Shown piece after piece: positions 1 through 11,234 of a stretch of DNA of 64,000 nt. Source of the stretch: Eledone cirrhosa (taxonomy: Eukaryota); NCBI GenBank assembly GCA_964016885.1, contig OZ024742.1, forward strand, positions 130,510,001-130,574,000. Reading direction: 5' to 3'. Position numbers and translations under genes: made by a program. The notes under the pieces were generated by a model. That model was not told the DNA's origin. It searched no databases and saw nothing but the letters and a program-made list of their open reading frames with translations. Every line of letters starts with the position of its first letter. Within the stretch, counting starts at the first letter, position 1.

Positions 1-489
1 CGGAAGACATTGCCCATAGTGATAGGGCGTATGCCACCCTCTTTGTTCCTGAGCGCTGTCAGGCTGGCTGAAAAGATGAGGCCTTATGCGTAAGGTAACG
101 ACTTGGCTGATTCGTTTGAGCGTAGGACAAAATATCGAACGGTATAAGTTCTGATTCTTTGCGCTCTGGTTCTTATCGCGCCGAGGTTTAATTTGGGCTC
201 TTATATACTCACGCAACATTAACTTTTGTGGGATCATTGGAATTTCTTAGGCAGTCTGATTTTTAGATTTAACTCGACGTCAATGTCTCGTAATAGCTAT
301 TCTACTGAGGGGACTCCAGTAAAGTGAAAAATCGAAACTATGGAACTTTATTTATCCACCTCGAGTGGAAAAAGGCAATGTTGACCTCAGGGGTATTTAA
401 AGTCTGAACATAGAAGCTAAAATAAAATTAACAATTTATTTTATCCGACGTTTTAACGACCCAACCAACTCAATATACAGATTTCGTTT

Positions 490-930
490 GGAAAAGAAGA
501 GCGACTTTTCTTCGTAGCTCTGGTTGTAGATATGGTGAAGGAAGTTGTGTGGTTGACACGGTTGAAAGGTTTTAAAGGCAGAGGAGCGTTCGCCCTCAGG
601 TCAATCTCTCACTAACTTCTTAAAGTACCACTTAAAGAGGAAGGTGAGAGTAGAGAAGCAGTTGCTGCCGTCTAGTGTATTTTATGAATGGGGGGGTGGG
701 GGGTGGGGGGTGAATGGCGAGATTGGCGTGTCAAAATAGACCGCCACTAACTACGTAGCTGTGGGTTGGCACAAGAACTGAGAGAATACACTTTCCTAAT
801 GGCGTGTTCGGGTGAAACGGAGATGTGTATGGAGTGTCCTGAATCATCCTATATGGGTGCTTCACCATTCTGGGAATACTTTCTCGCTCTTAGTTTGTTG
901 TTCTATTTTGTTATTGCTATTTATTGATAT
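490..930 (+). mobile_element. Degenerate 3' fragment of Tx1/L1-like LINE
   Basis: ATGGTGAAGGAAGTTGTGTGGTTGACACGGTTGAAAGG and TACCACTTAAAGAGGAAGGTGAGAGTAGAG match the MAKEVVWWTRLKG / YHFGRRIRMERE C-terminus of the LINE at 29.8-30.0 kb. Confidence 0.7.
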
Positions 931-1224
931 ACAAGTGAGCCCATGCCGTCAATAATGGCGACAACAGCGTTGAACGTACTTAACTTATGGAGTTCAACAT
1001 TGGTATGTCATAGATACCAGAATTACTGTATGTATAAACAATCACACAAACTGGCAAATTTTAATAGTTTTGATAAATTAATAATTCATGTAAGAGAAAC
1101 CCTATAGTTTGTGTTGATTACTGACACGTAGAAGTGATTTAAGGTAAGAATAGTTTCATATATTCCGAGGATATGATTACATAAATGTTCAGCACACGTA
1201 TATATATATAAATGTTATAATAAT

Positions 1225-1855
1225 TGCTTCTAATACAGACACAGGGTAGGTTATTCTGGAGAAAGGATTAGTCTTTTAAATCAACCTCAGTACTTTACTG
1301 GTACTTTATTTTATCGTACTAGGAAGGATGAAGATCAAAGTTGATCGTGACGGGATTTGAACACAGAACGTAAAGAGACGTAACAATATACCGCAAAACA
1401 TGTCCGATGTTCTACCGATACTGACCATCAATTGCCCTGAATGGTTTCTGGTTTAGGTCCAAGGCCAACGATTTAGGGGGAGAGTAAAGACGATTAAATC
1501 GACCCAAGTACGTTACTGGTACTTTATTTTATCGACCCCGTAAGGATGAGAGGCAAAGCTATCCTCAGCAGGATTTGAACTCAGAACGTAGAAAGTCGTA
1601 ACTAACTACTGCAAAGCATTTTGTCCGGCGCTCTACCGGTTTCTGTCAAGCCACCACTATAATAATTGTTTCTACTTTTGGCACAAGGCCAGCAATTTCC
1701 CAGTGCATTACTGGTACTTTAGTTTATCGACCCCGTAAGGGTGAAAGGCAAAGTTAACCTCGGCGGGATTTGAACTCCGAATGGCAAGGGCCGTAACTCT
1801 ATGCATCAAAGCATGGTGTCCGACCCTCTATCGATACTGCCAACCCACCACTATA
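1225..1855 (-). mobile_element. Tandem head-to-tail cluster (~3 copies) of tRNA-derived SINE family A
   Basis: Repeated TACTGGTACTTTATTTTATCGACCCCGTAAGGATGAAAGGCAAAG...GGATTTGAACTC; reverse complement carries A-box-like TGGCAGTATCGG and B-box GAGTTCAAATCC. Confidence 0.85.
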
Positions 1856-2066
1856 ATAATGGCACTGATGCTAACTTCAATAGAACAAATTCTCTGATAG
1901 GTTAAACGGGATCTTGTATTTCTGGAGAATTCTTCAACAAGCATATAATTATTTCTAGTTGTGGAGGGAATCTGGTAATTCCCTCTTTCACTGTATGTAT
2001 GTATAGTCATGTCAACGATTCAATTGACTTATTTGAAATATTGTGATTATACCTGTTATCAAACAA

Positions 2067-2067
<1 letters not shown>

Positions 2068-2098
<31 letters not shown>

Positions 2099-3240
2099 AA
2101 TGTAGTAGTAACAGTAGCAGTAGTAACAGTAGTAATAGCAGTAGTAACAGTAGTAGTAGCAGTAGTAACAGTAGTAGTAGTAGTAGCAGTAGTAGTAGCA
2201 GTAGTAACAGTAGTAGTAGCAGTAGTAGTAGCAGTAGTAACAGTAGTAGTAGCAGTAGCAGTGGCAGCAGTAGCAGTAGTAACAGTAGTAGTAGTAGTAG
2301 TAGTAGTAACAGTAGCAGTAGGAGCAGTAGTAGCAGTAGTAACAGTAGTAGTAGTAGTAGTAGCAGTAGGAACAGTAGTAGTAGAAGTAGTAGTAGTGGT
2401 AGTAGTAGTAACAGTAGTGGTAGTAGTAGTAACAATAGTAGTAGTAGCAGTAGTAGCAGTAGTAGTAGTAGTAGCAGTAGTAGCAGTAGTAGTAGCAGTA
2501 GTAGCAGTAGTAGTAATAGTAGTGGTAGTAGTAGTAACAGTAGTAGTAGCAGTAGTAACAGTAGTAGCAGTAGTAACAGCAGTAGTAGTAGTAGTAGTAG
2601 CAGTAGTAACAGTAGCAGCAGTAGTAGTAGTAGCTGTAGTAGCAGTACTAGTAGTACTAGTAGTAGTAGCAGTAGTAGTAGTAGTGGTAGTAGTAGCAGT
2701 AGTAACAGTAGTAGTAGCAGTAGCAGTAGTAACAGTAGTAATAGCAGTAGTAACAGTAGTAGTAGCAGTAGTAACAGTAGTAGTAGTAGTAGCAGTAGTA
2801 GTAGCAGTAGTAACAGTAGTAGTAGCAGTAGCAGTGGCAGCAGTAGCAGTAGTAACAGTAGTAGTAGTAGTAGTAGTAGTAACAGTAGCAGTAGGAGCAG
2901 TAGTAGCAGTAGTAGCAGCAGTAGTAGTAGTAGCAGTAGCAATAGTAGTAGTAGTAACAGTAGTAGTAGTAGTAGTAGCAGTAGTAACAGTAGTAGTAGA
3001 AGTAGTAGTAGTGGTAGTAGTAGTAACAGTAGTGGTAGTAGTAGTAACAATAGTAGTAGTAGCAGTAGTAGCAGTAGTAGCAGTAGTAACAGCAGCAGTA
3101 GTAGTAGTAGTAGCAGTAGTAACAGTAGCAGTAGTAGTAGTAGTAGAAGTAGTAGTAGTAGTAACAGTAGAAGTAGCAGTAGTAGTAGTAGTAGCTGTAG
3201 TAGCTGTAGTAGCAGTAGTAGCAGTACTAGTAGTAGTAGC

Positions 3241-3274
<34 letters not shown>

Positions 3275-3569
3275 ACAGTAGAAGTAGCAGTAGTAGTAGT
3301 AGTAGCTGTAGTAGCTGTAGTAGCAGTAGTAGCAGTACTAGTAGTAGTAGCAGTAGTAGTAGTAGTAGTAGTAGTAGTAGCAGCAGTAGTAGCAGAAGTA
3401 GCAAAAGTAGTAGTAGTAGCAGTAGTAGTAGTAGTAGAAGTAGTAGTAACAGTAGAAGTAGCAGTAGTAGTAGTTGTAGTTGTAGCAAGAGTAGTAGTAG
3501 TAGTAGCAGTAGTAGAAGTAGTAGTAGTAGTAGCAGTAGAAGTAGTAGTAGTAGTAGTAGCAGTAGTAA

Positions 3570-3631
<62 letters not shown>

Positions 3632-3730
3632 ACAGTAGTAGCAGTAGAAGAAGAAGAAGAAGAAAAAGAAAAAGAAGAAGAAGAAGAAGAAGAAGAAGAA
3701 GAAGAAGAAGAAGAAGAAGAAGAAGAGAAA
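2068..3730. repeat. (GTA/GCA)n trinucleotide tract followed by (GAA)n
   Basis: Direct reading; source of the poly-L and poly-V ORFs. Confidence 0.97.
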
Positions 3731-3849
3731 TAAAGGGAGTTAATTTAATTAAGAAGGTCATGGAAATCCTGTATTTTAGTCTCGTGAGGTAACCGCAGAG
3801 AAAATGACTTTGGTGAATAAAAACAAAATGGATTCCCCGCAGCCACACA

Positions 3850-3876
3850 CATCAACAACAACAACAACAACATCAT

Positions 3877-3914
<38 letters not shown>

Positions 3915-3921
3915 ACAACAG

Positions 3922-3953
<32 letters not shown>

Positions 3954-4182
3954 TCAGCAACAACATCATCTTCATCATCAACAACAACAACAACATCAGC
4001 AACAACAACAACATCATCAACAACATCAACAACAACAACATCAACATCAACAACATCAACAACAACAAGAACAAGAACAACATCAACAACAACATCAACA
4101 ACAAGAACAAGAACAAGAACAAGAACAACAACAACAACAACAGCAACAACAACAACAACACCATCAACAACAACAACAGCAT

Positions 4183-4215
<33 letters not shown>

Positions 4216-4278
4216 TAACAACAACATCAACAACAACAAGAACAAGAACAACAACAGCAACAACATCAACATCAACAA

Positions 4279-4367
<89 letters not shown>

Positions 4368-4430
4368 CCACCATCAACAACAACAACGACAACATCATCA
4401 TCATCATCAACAACAACAACAACAACAACT
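3850..4430. repeat. (ACA/ATC)n trinucleotide tract
   Basis: Direct reading. Confidence 0.95.
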
Positions 4431-4508
4431 GCAAATAAACGAAGAGCTGCACCAATATACAGCCCCAGTAAGAGTAGCAGGAACAGTACAAATAGTAATA
4501 GTAGTTTA

Positions 4509-4509
<1 letters not shown>

Positions 4510-4542
<33 letters not shown>

Positions 4543-5374
4543 TGTGGTGGTAGTACTGGTGGTGGTGGTTGTAGTAATAGGGGTGGTGGTAGTAGTAGTA
4601 GTAGTAGTGGTGGTGGGGTGGGGGTGGGGGTGGGGGTAATGGTAGTGGTGGTGATTGCGGTAGTAATGGTGGTGGTAGTAATAGTGGTGGTGGTTGTGGT
4701 AGTGGTGGTGGTGGTAGTAGTAATAGTGGTGGTAGTAGTAGTAGTGGTAGTGGTAGTGGTGGTGGTTGTGGTAGTAATAATGGTAGTGGTTGTAGTAGTG
4801 GGGTGGTGGTGTTGGTTGGGGTAGTAATAGTGGTGGTGGTAGTAGTAGTGGTGGTGGTAGTAGTAATAGTGGTGGTAGTAGTTGTAGTGGTAGTGGTAGT
4901 GGTGGTGGTTGTGGTAGTAATAATGGTAGTGGTTGTAGTAGTGGGGTGGTGGTAGTGGTGGTGGTGTTGGTTGGGGTAGTAATAGTGGTGGTGGTAGTAG
5001 TAGTGGTGGTGGTAGTAATAATAGTGGTGGTGGTAGTAGTAGTGGTAGTGGAAGTGGTTGTGGTTGTGGTTGTAATAGTGGTAGTGGTAGTAGTAGTGGT
5101 GGTGGTGGTAGTAGTGATAGTGGGGGTGGTGATAGTAGTAGTGGTGGTGGTGGTGCTGGTCGTGGTGGTAGTAGTGTTGGTGGTGGTAGTAGTAGTGTTG
5201 GTGGTGGTAGTAGTAATAGTGATGGTGGTGGTAGTAGTGGTGGTGGTAGTAGTAGTAGTGGTGGTGGAGGTGGCGGTGGTGGTAGTTATGGTAGTGGTGG
5301 TGGTAGTAGTAGTGGTGGTGGTGATGGCAGTAATAGTAGTGGTAGAAGTGGTGGTGGTAGTAGTAGTAGTGGTG

Positions 5375-5406
<32 letters not shown>

Positions 5407-6373
5407 GCTGGTGCTGGTGGTAGTAGTAGTGGAGCTGGTGGTGATGGTGGTAGTCGTGGTGGCGGTGGTAGTTTTAGTAGTAGTGTAGTAGTGATGGTGG
5501 TGGTGGTGGTAGTAGTAGTGATGGCAGTGGTTGTAGTGGTGGTGGTGTTGGCAGTAGTGGAGGTAGTGGTGCTGGTGTTGGTCGTGGTAGTAGTAGTGGT
5601 GGTAGTGGTGCTGGTGTTGGCCGTGGTAGTAGTAGTGGTGGTAGTGGTGCTGGTGTTGGTGGTGGTGGTAGTACTGGTGGTAGTGGTGCCGGTGCTGGTG
5701 ATAGCAGTAGTGGTGGTAGTGGTGGTGGTAGTAGTAGTGGTGGCAGTGGTGGCAATGGTAGTAGTGGTGGTAATGGTGCCGGCGCTGGTGGTAGTAGTAG
5801 TGGGGGTGGTGGTGGTGGTGGTGGTGGTAGTAGTAGTAGTGGTGGCAGTGGTGTTAGTGGTGGTGGTGGTGGTAGTAGTGGAGGTAGTGGTGCTGGTGTT
5901 GGTCGTGGTAGTAGTAGTGGTGGTAGTGGTGCTGGTGTTGGTCGTGGTAGTAGTAGTGGCGGTAGTGGTGCTGGTGTTGGTCGTGGTAGTAGTAGTGGCG
6001 GTAGTGGTGCTGGTGTTGGTGGTGGTGGTAGTACTGGTGGTAGTGGTGCCGGTGCTGGTGATAGCAGTAGTGGTGGTAGTGGTGGTGGTAGTAGTAGTGG
6101 TGGCAGTGGTGGCAATGGTGGTAGTGGTGGTAGTGGTGCTGGTGTTGGTGGTGGTGGTAGTAGTGGTGGTAGTGGTGCCGGTGCTGGTGGTAGTAGTAGT
6201 GGGGGTAGTGGTGGTGGTGATGGTAGTAGTAGTGGTGGTAGTGGTGCCGGTGCTGGTGGTAGTAGTAGTGGGGGTAGTGGTGGTGGTGGTGGTAGTAGTA
6301 GTGGTGGCAGTGGTGGTAGTGGTGGTGGTGGTGGTAGTAGTAGTGGTGGTAGTGGTGCTGGTGTTGGTGGTGG
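4510..6373. repeat. (GTG/GTA)n degenerate trinucleotide tract with internal block duplications
   Basis: Direct reading; a block near 5560-5760 recurs near 5875-6120. Confidence 0.95.
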
Positions 6374-6385
6374 CCCGTCCTTCTT

Positions 6386-6518
6386 CTTAAATTTACGCCC
6401 ACAATTCTTTTTAATGGAGGTGATACCCCCTCTACAACCAGCCAGAGCAGCAAGAATATCATGTCACGTGACAGCGCCTCGAACTGGAATCCACTTGTAG
6501 CGTCACCACCACCACCAT
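6386..6518 (+). mobile_element. Short dispersed repeat ending in (CAC)n; inverted copy at 7581-7724
   Basis: AAATTTACGCCCACAATT...ATGTCACGTGACAGCGCCTCGAA...GTAGCGTCACCACCACC; reverse complement at 7581-7724. Confidence 0.7.
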
Positions 6519-6589
6519 AGACATTACCAACAAGGCCACAGTTCGAGATGCGCGCAGAGCTATGAAACCGTTCTGCATGTACTCATCCA

Positions 6590-7156
6590 ATGTCCGAGCA
6601 CTGCTGATTTGTGAAGTTTTGTCGAACAGTTATTATGGCGCGTGTGACAGATCTGGCTATCAACTGGGAAAGGAAGGCGGTTTTTCTCTGTCTTGTGGCT
6701 ATAGCGAAAGAGATTGTATGGTGGACACGGCTGAAAGAACTGAAGACAGACTTTTTCCCTTCAGCCAAGCCCTCATCAACTTTTTCAAGTTCCACTTGGA
6801 AAGGAAGTTGAGTGCTGCCCCCAGTACATGTGTTAAAAGTTGAGTGAATGTAGCGAGGATAGTCCGAGTGAATGGGTCTATTCTGACCATGTGCCTTTAG
6901 GCTGGGGAGTTTCGAGAGGAGAGAGGCATCTTCCAATAGTGTGCTTGGAGATTAGGGTGGTTTAGGATCTGTGAGGTTTCTAATCTACCCCTGGGTAGTG
7001 CTCCCCTCTAGTAGGGACTTTTATTGTTATTAATTTATTGTTAATTGTTACCTGTTATCTTTTTTTTTTACACGTTCTATGTAAACCCCCACTGTCCCTA
7101 TTTTTGTATCGTCATTTATGTTTCGTTCCCAGTGGTCGATAAAGAAATTATTATTA
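6590..7156 (+). mobile_element. Tx1/L1-like LINE 3' fragment, (ATT)n-tailed subfamily
   Basis: AVFLCLVAIAKEIVWWTRLK and FFKFHLERKL are homologous to the 29.8-30.0 kb ORF end; ends GATAAAGAAATTATTATT. Confidence 0.85.
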
Positions 7157-7480
7157 GGGCGGTGGTTTGGCAGTATCGGTAGAGCGTCGGACTCCAAGCT
7201 TTGTGGCATAGTTACGTCCCTTTACGTTTTGAGTTCAAATCCCGTCGAGGTTAACTTTGCCTTTCATCCTTGCGGGGTCGATAAAATAAAGTACCAGCAA
7301 CGTACTGGAGTCGATTTAATCGACTTTCTCCTCCCACCAAATTACTGGCCTTGTGCCTATACTAAATATCATCATCATTATTATTGGTGATTGGCAGTAT
7401 CGGTAGAGGGTCCGACTCCATGCTTTGCAATACAGAGTTACGTCTCTTTATAGTCTGAGTTCAAATCCGACTGAGGTTTC
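7157..7480 (+). mobile_element. SINE family A, one full copy plus a partial second copy
   Basis: GGCGGTGGTTTGGCAGTATCGGTAGAGCG (A box), GAGTTCAAATCC (B box), core GCCTTTCATCCTT..GGGGTCGATAAAATAAAGTACCAG, 3' GGCCTTGTGCCTA, ATT tail. Confidence 0.9.
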
Positions 7481-7509
7481 GTTCAATGTCTGTTTGTGTA
7501 TTTGTCTCA

Positions 7510-8012
7510 GGACGTAGCATGGTCAATTGGTCAAGAAGTTCACTTCGTAATCATTAGGTCCCAGGAATGATGTCTCTGTGTGGTGGTGGTGGTGGTGACG
7601 CTACTGTCAACATTTCGATTCGAATTCGAGGCGCTGTCACGTGACATGATTTTCTTGCTGCTCTGGCTTGATGTGGAGGGCGTTTCGCCTCCATTTAAAA
7701 CAAAATTGTGGGCGTAAATTTAAGGTGTAAATTTATCCTAACCATTAGGCAATGTAGCTTGGGCAAGTGTAATTTCATATTGCTAGGGTCGACACAAACC
7801 TTGTGAATGAAATTTGGTGGACTGAAATTCATTGGAAGCCGTCAGATAGACTGTACCAGTAATTTAAAAGGTCAGCCTTGTCACACAACATATCATACTG
7901 AGTCTCCTTGAAAATTATGTTAAAGGTACACGTTAATTTCACGAGCAGGATGTTCCGTTGACCGAACAATTGTAACATGCACCGTCGAAACGGACGGAGG
8001 AACACTCCATTT
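7510..8012 (+). mobile_element. SINE family B, interrupted by the (CAC)n-tailed element at 7581-7755
   Basis: Shares GGTACACGTTAATTTCACGAGCAGG.TGTTCCGTTGA with copies at 27120-27460 and 30565-30840; degenerate tRNA-like head. Confidence 0.7.
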
Positions 8013-8052
8013 GTCTTTGTGATTAGATGTGTGCGTTTGTGATTGTGCTTGT

Positions 8053-8130
<78 letters not shown>

Positions 8131-8836
8131 TTGTGGTTGTGGTTGTGTGTGTGTGTGGTTGTGTGGTTGTGTGTGTATGTGTGTGTTTGTTTGTGTGGTT
8201 GTGTGTGTATGTGTGTGTTTGTGATTGATTGTGGTTGTGGTTGTGTGTGTGTTTGTTTGTGATTGTGTCTGTGTACGTATGTGTGTTTGTGATTGTGTGT
8301 GTGTGATTGTGTGTGTGTGATTGTGTGTGCGTGTGTGTTTGTGTCTTTGTGATTGTGTGTGTGTATGTGTGTGTGTGAGAGAGAGAAAGAGAGAGAGAGT
8401 GTGTGTGTGTATGTGTGTATTTGTGTGTTTGTGTGTGTATGTGTGTGTGCGTGTGAGTGTGTGATGGTGATTCTTTGTTTGTGTGTGTGTGTATGTGTGT
8501 GAGAGAGAGAGTGTGTGTATGTATGGGTGGGTTTGTGTGCGCGTCTATGTGTGTGTGTATGTGTGCGTGAGTGTGTTTGTGTGTGTATCTGTGTGTATCT
8601 GTGTGTGTGAGAGTGTGTTTGTATGTGTGTGTGTGTATGTGTGCATGCGTGTGTGTGTGTGTGCATGTGAGAGTATGTCTGTATGTAGAGGCAGTTCTCC
8701 CCGATGTCGCAGTGTCTTTCAATCTTATCTTCACTGTGCGCCATTTTCCTCTTCTACCCAGCACACATTACCTCCCTAATACATTGTATGCTCACACCTC
8801 CGCCATTTTCCAACATACCATCCTGCTTCACGCCAT
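7963..8836 (+). repeat. ~870-bp segment with an inverted duplicate at 13252-14052
   Basis: The unique ends (CGAACAATTGTAAC...CACTCCATTTGTC; GTAGAGGCAGTTCTCC...TCACGCCAT) and the internal complex (GT)n variants are all mirrored. Confidence 0.92.
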
Positions 8837-9240
8837 GACTTCCGGCCCAGGAGTATTCTCTTATCACGTGGTCATTATTCTTTGGCACGACTTTTGTTTT
8901 CATTTCAGCTGCTGAGAGAGTGTATGTATGTATGTATGTATGTATGTATGTATGTATGTATGTATGTATGTATGTATGTATGTATGTATGTATGTATGTG
9001 TATGTTTGTATGTATGTATGTGTGTATGAATGTATATGTGTATGTGTATGTATGTATGTATGTATGTATGTATGTATGTATGTATGTATGTATGTATGTA
9101 TGTATGTGTGTATGAATGTATATATGTATGTATGTATGCATGTATGTATGTGTGTATGTATATATGTATGTATGCATGTATGGATGTATGTATGTGTGTA
9201 TGTATATATGTATGTATGTATGTATGTGTGTATGTATGTA

Positions 9241-10028
9241 TGTTATCTCTTTCTCTTAATTTCGAGTATATTTTTTGACCGGCCACCTTCCTGGTGGCAA
9301 AGTTGTAAAAGAAAAGAAATTGTCATCCCTTGAATCGCAAGAATGTTTTGCAAATTTTGAAGGTACCAGCTATCGCAGCCATTTGTAGACTATGAATTAG
9401 GGAGCTGCGTTCTTTGTCCGCAAATCCAAGTTCATTTATGCATTGGTCCAAGCAGGTTGGTATATAACCCGTAGCTCCAATAATGATGGGTATGAAGCTA
9501 AAGGTGTATCTTGGATACTGTATTTGTAAACTCCTCATCAATGGTCCGTAGATGTCCTCCTTCTGTATTTTTCTGACAACGTTTACATCAAGTGGGCAGC
9601 TGATCTCCACAACAGAACACGTTTTCAATGTGTGGTCCCAAACAACAATATCAGGTCGGTTGTGCTTTAATTTGGTGGCAGTTTTTATTTTCAGGTTCCA
9701 CCAGTATTCCTTAGTGCCATCTGTCTCAATATATTCTTCCTCGTTTGTTGTTAATTTTGTTTTCCGAAGTGCGTTCCAGCTGGTTCTAGCTATCCCATCG
9801 TGTCTCATGGGGAGGTAGTAGCGAGATGACATTCTTTCGCAGCTGGCAACAATGTGGCTTACATCCTCGATCTTTGTTTTACATAGCCTACATTTATTGT
9901 CAGCTGATGGCCCTCCTCTTTTGTGCAGCAGATATTTGGTAGGGAGTTCTTGTTCCTGTATTGCATAGAGATATCCTTCAAGGTGTGATGTCATAAACTT
10001 GTCGGAACTCCATGCCAGGCTTTTTGAG
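9241..10028 (-). mobile_element. 5'-truncated RLE-type non-LTR retrotransposon (R4/Dong-like): zinc knuckle, restriction-like endonuclease and 3' UTR
   Basis: AIQEQ, CRLC..E...HIVASC (CCHC), RHD, RPD...EISCP (PD-(D/E)xK), IPIIIGATG; ORF stop at 9323; (TATG)n on both flanks. Confidence 0.9.
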
Positions 10029-10431
10029 TGTATGTATGTATGTGTGTGTATGTATGTGTGTGTATATGTATGGGTGTGTATATGTATGCGTGTGTATATG
10101 TATGTGTGTGTGTGTGTGTATGTATGTATGAGTGTGTGTATGTATGTATTTATATATATGTATGTGTGTATGTTTGTGTGTGTATGTATGTGTGTGTGTA
10201 TGTATATACATGTATGTATATATATGTATGTGTGTATGTATATATATATGTATTCGTGTATGTACGAATGTGTGTGTGTATGTATGTGTGTATATATGTA
10301 TGTATTCATGCATGTATATGTGTATGTATGTATGTATATATGTGTGTATGTATGTATGTATTCATGTATGTATGTATGTATGTATGTATGTATGTATGTA
10401 TGTATGTATGTATGTATGTATATATGTATAT

Positions 10432-11013
10432 GTAACATGTATTCCAGTACAACCTGTCCCATGGTCGGGTCGTTGGCGACTAAACTGGCAACCCCACTAA
10501 GGTTTCTTGGTGAGGAGGGTGACTTTGGACATCCTGCAGGACTAAAAACAAAACCTGTCAAAGGGCAAAGGAGCTCTTAAGAGTCAATGGCCATCCAAAA
10601 TCACCGGGAGAGATGACCCCTTAGCCTTTGTCAAGGCAGAATTCTAGGAGAAGGAAAACTCTGATATAACACCTGCAACTCTGATGGTATCCAATGATGT
10701 TGACTTGTTCTTCTTTTTGGTAAATATCATCTTGGTTAAGAGAGTGGGACTGGCTTTGTGCAGTGCCTTTGCTCACTATAAAAGCTTCACGGCACAGGCA
10801 TTGCTTTATATCTGGAGATCTCTCTGCACTTGTCGTCACATGGTACCATGGGCCTAGCACTATGGGTCAATAATTGTCACAAGTGTAGTGTTTGTACCAG
10901 AGTTTTCAAGTCGCTGGCTGGACTAAAGTCACATTCGTTCAGCTCATCGGTAGGAGTTCTCCTACATGGATATAAAGTAGTGGCCATACTCGAAAACGAG
11001 TTGGCAGCCACCA
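10432..11013 (+). mobile_element. Bipartite non-autonomous RTE-type element (5' UTR joined to ORF 3' end)
   Basis: TAGGAGAAGGAAAACTCTGAT resembles RTE 5'-UTR sequence; C-terminal CSVCTRVFKSLAGLKSH Zn-finger-like peptide typical of RTE ORF ends; hairpin CTCG-AAAA-CGAG near the 3' end. Confidence 0.65.
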
Positions 11014-11234
11014 TATATGTATATATGTATGAGTGTGTGTATGTATATGTGTGTCTGTATGTATATATATGTATGTGTATGTATGTATGTATGTATGTAT
11101 GTATGTATGTATGTATGTGTTTGTGTCTATGTATGAATATATGTATATTTATGTATGTGAGAGGAAAACTAGTTAGGTTAAGGAAGTAGCTTTTGTATCA
11201 ACAGACGTGATGGGGTGTGGTGTGAGGTAAAGGA

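Noticed and set aside
2007-6462. Poly-Leu, poly-Val, poly-Thr and poly-Pro ORFs
   Set aside because: Translations of trinucleotide repeats
6386-7724. A DNA transposon with ~135-bp TIRs and TTAA ends
   Set aside because: The arms are diverged, the right arm sits inside a SINE, and both end in (CAC)n; two independent insertions are more parsimonious
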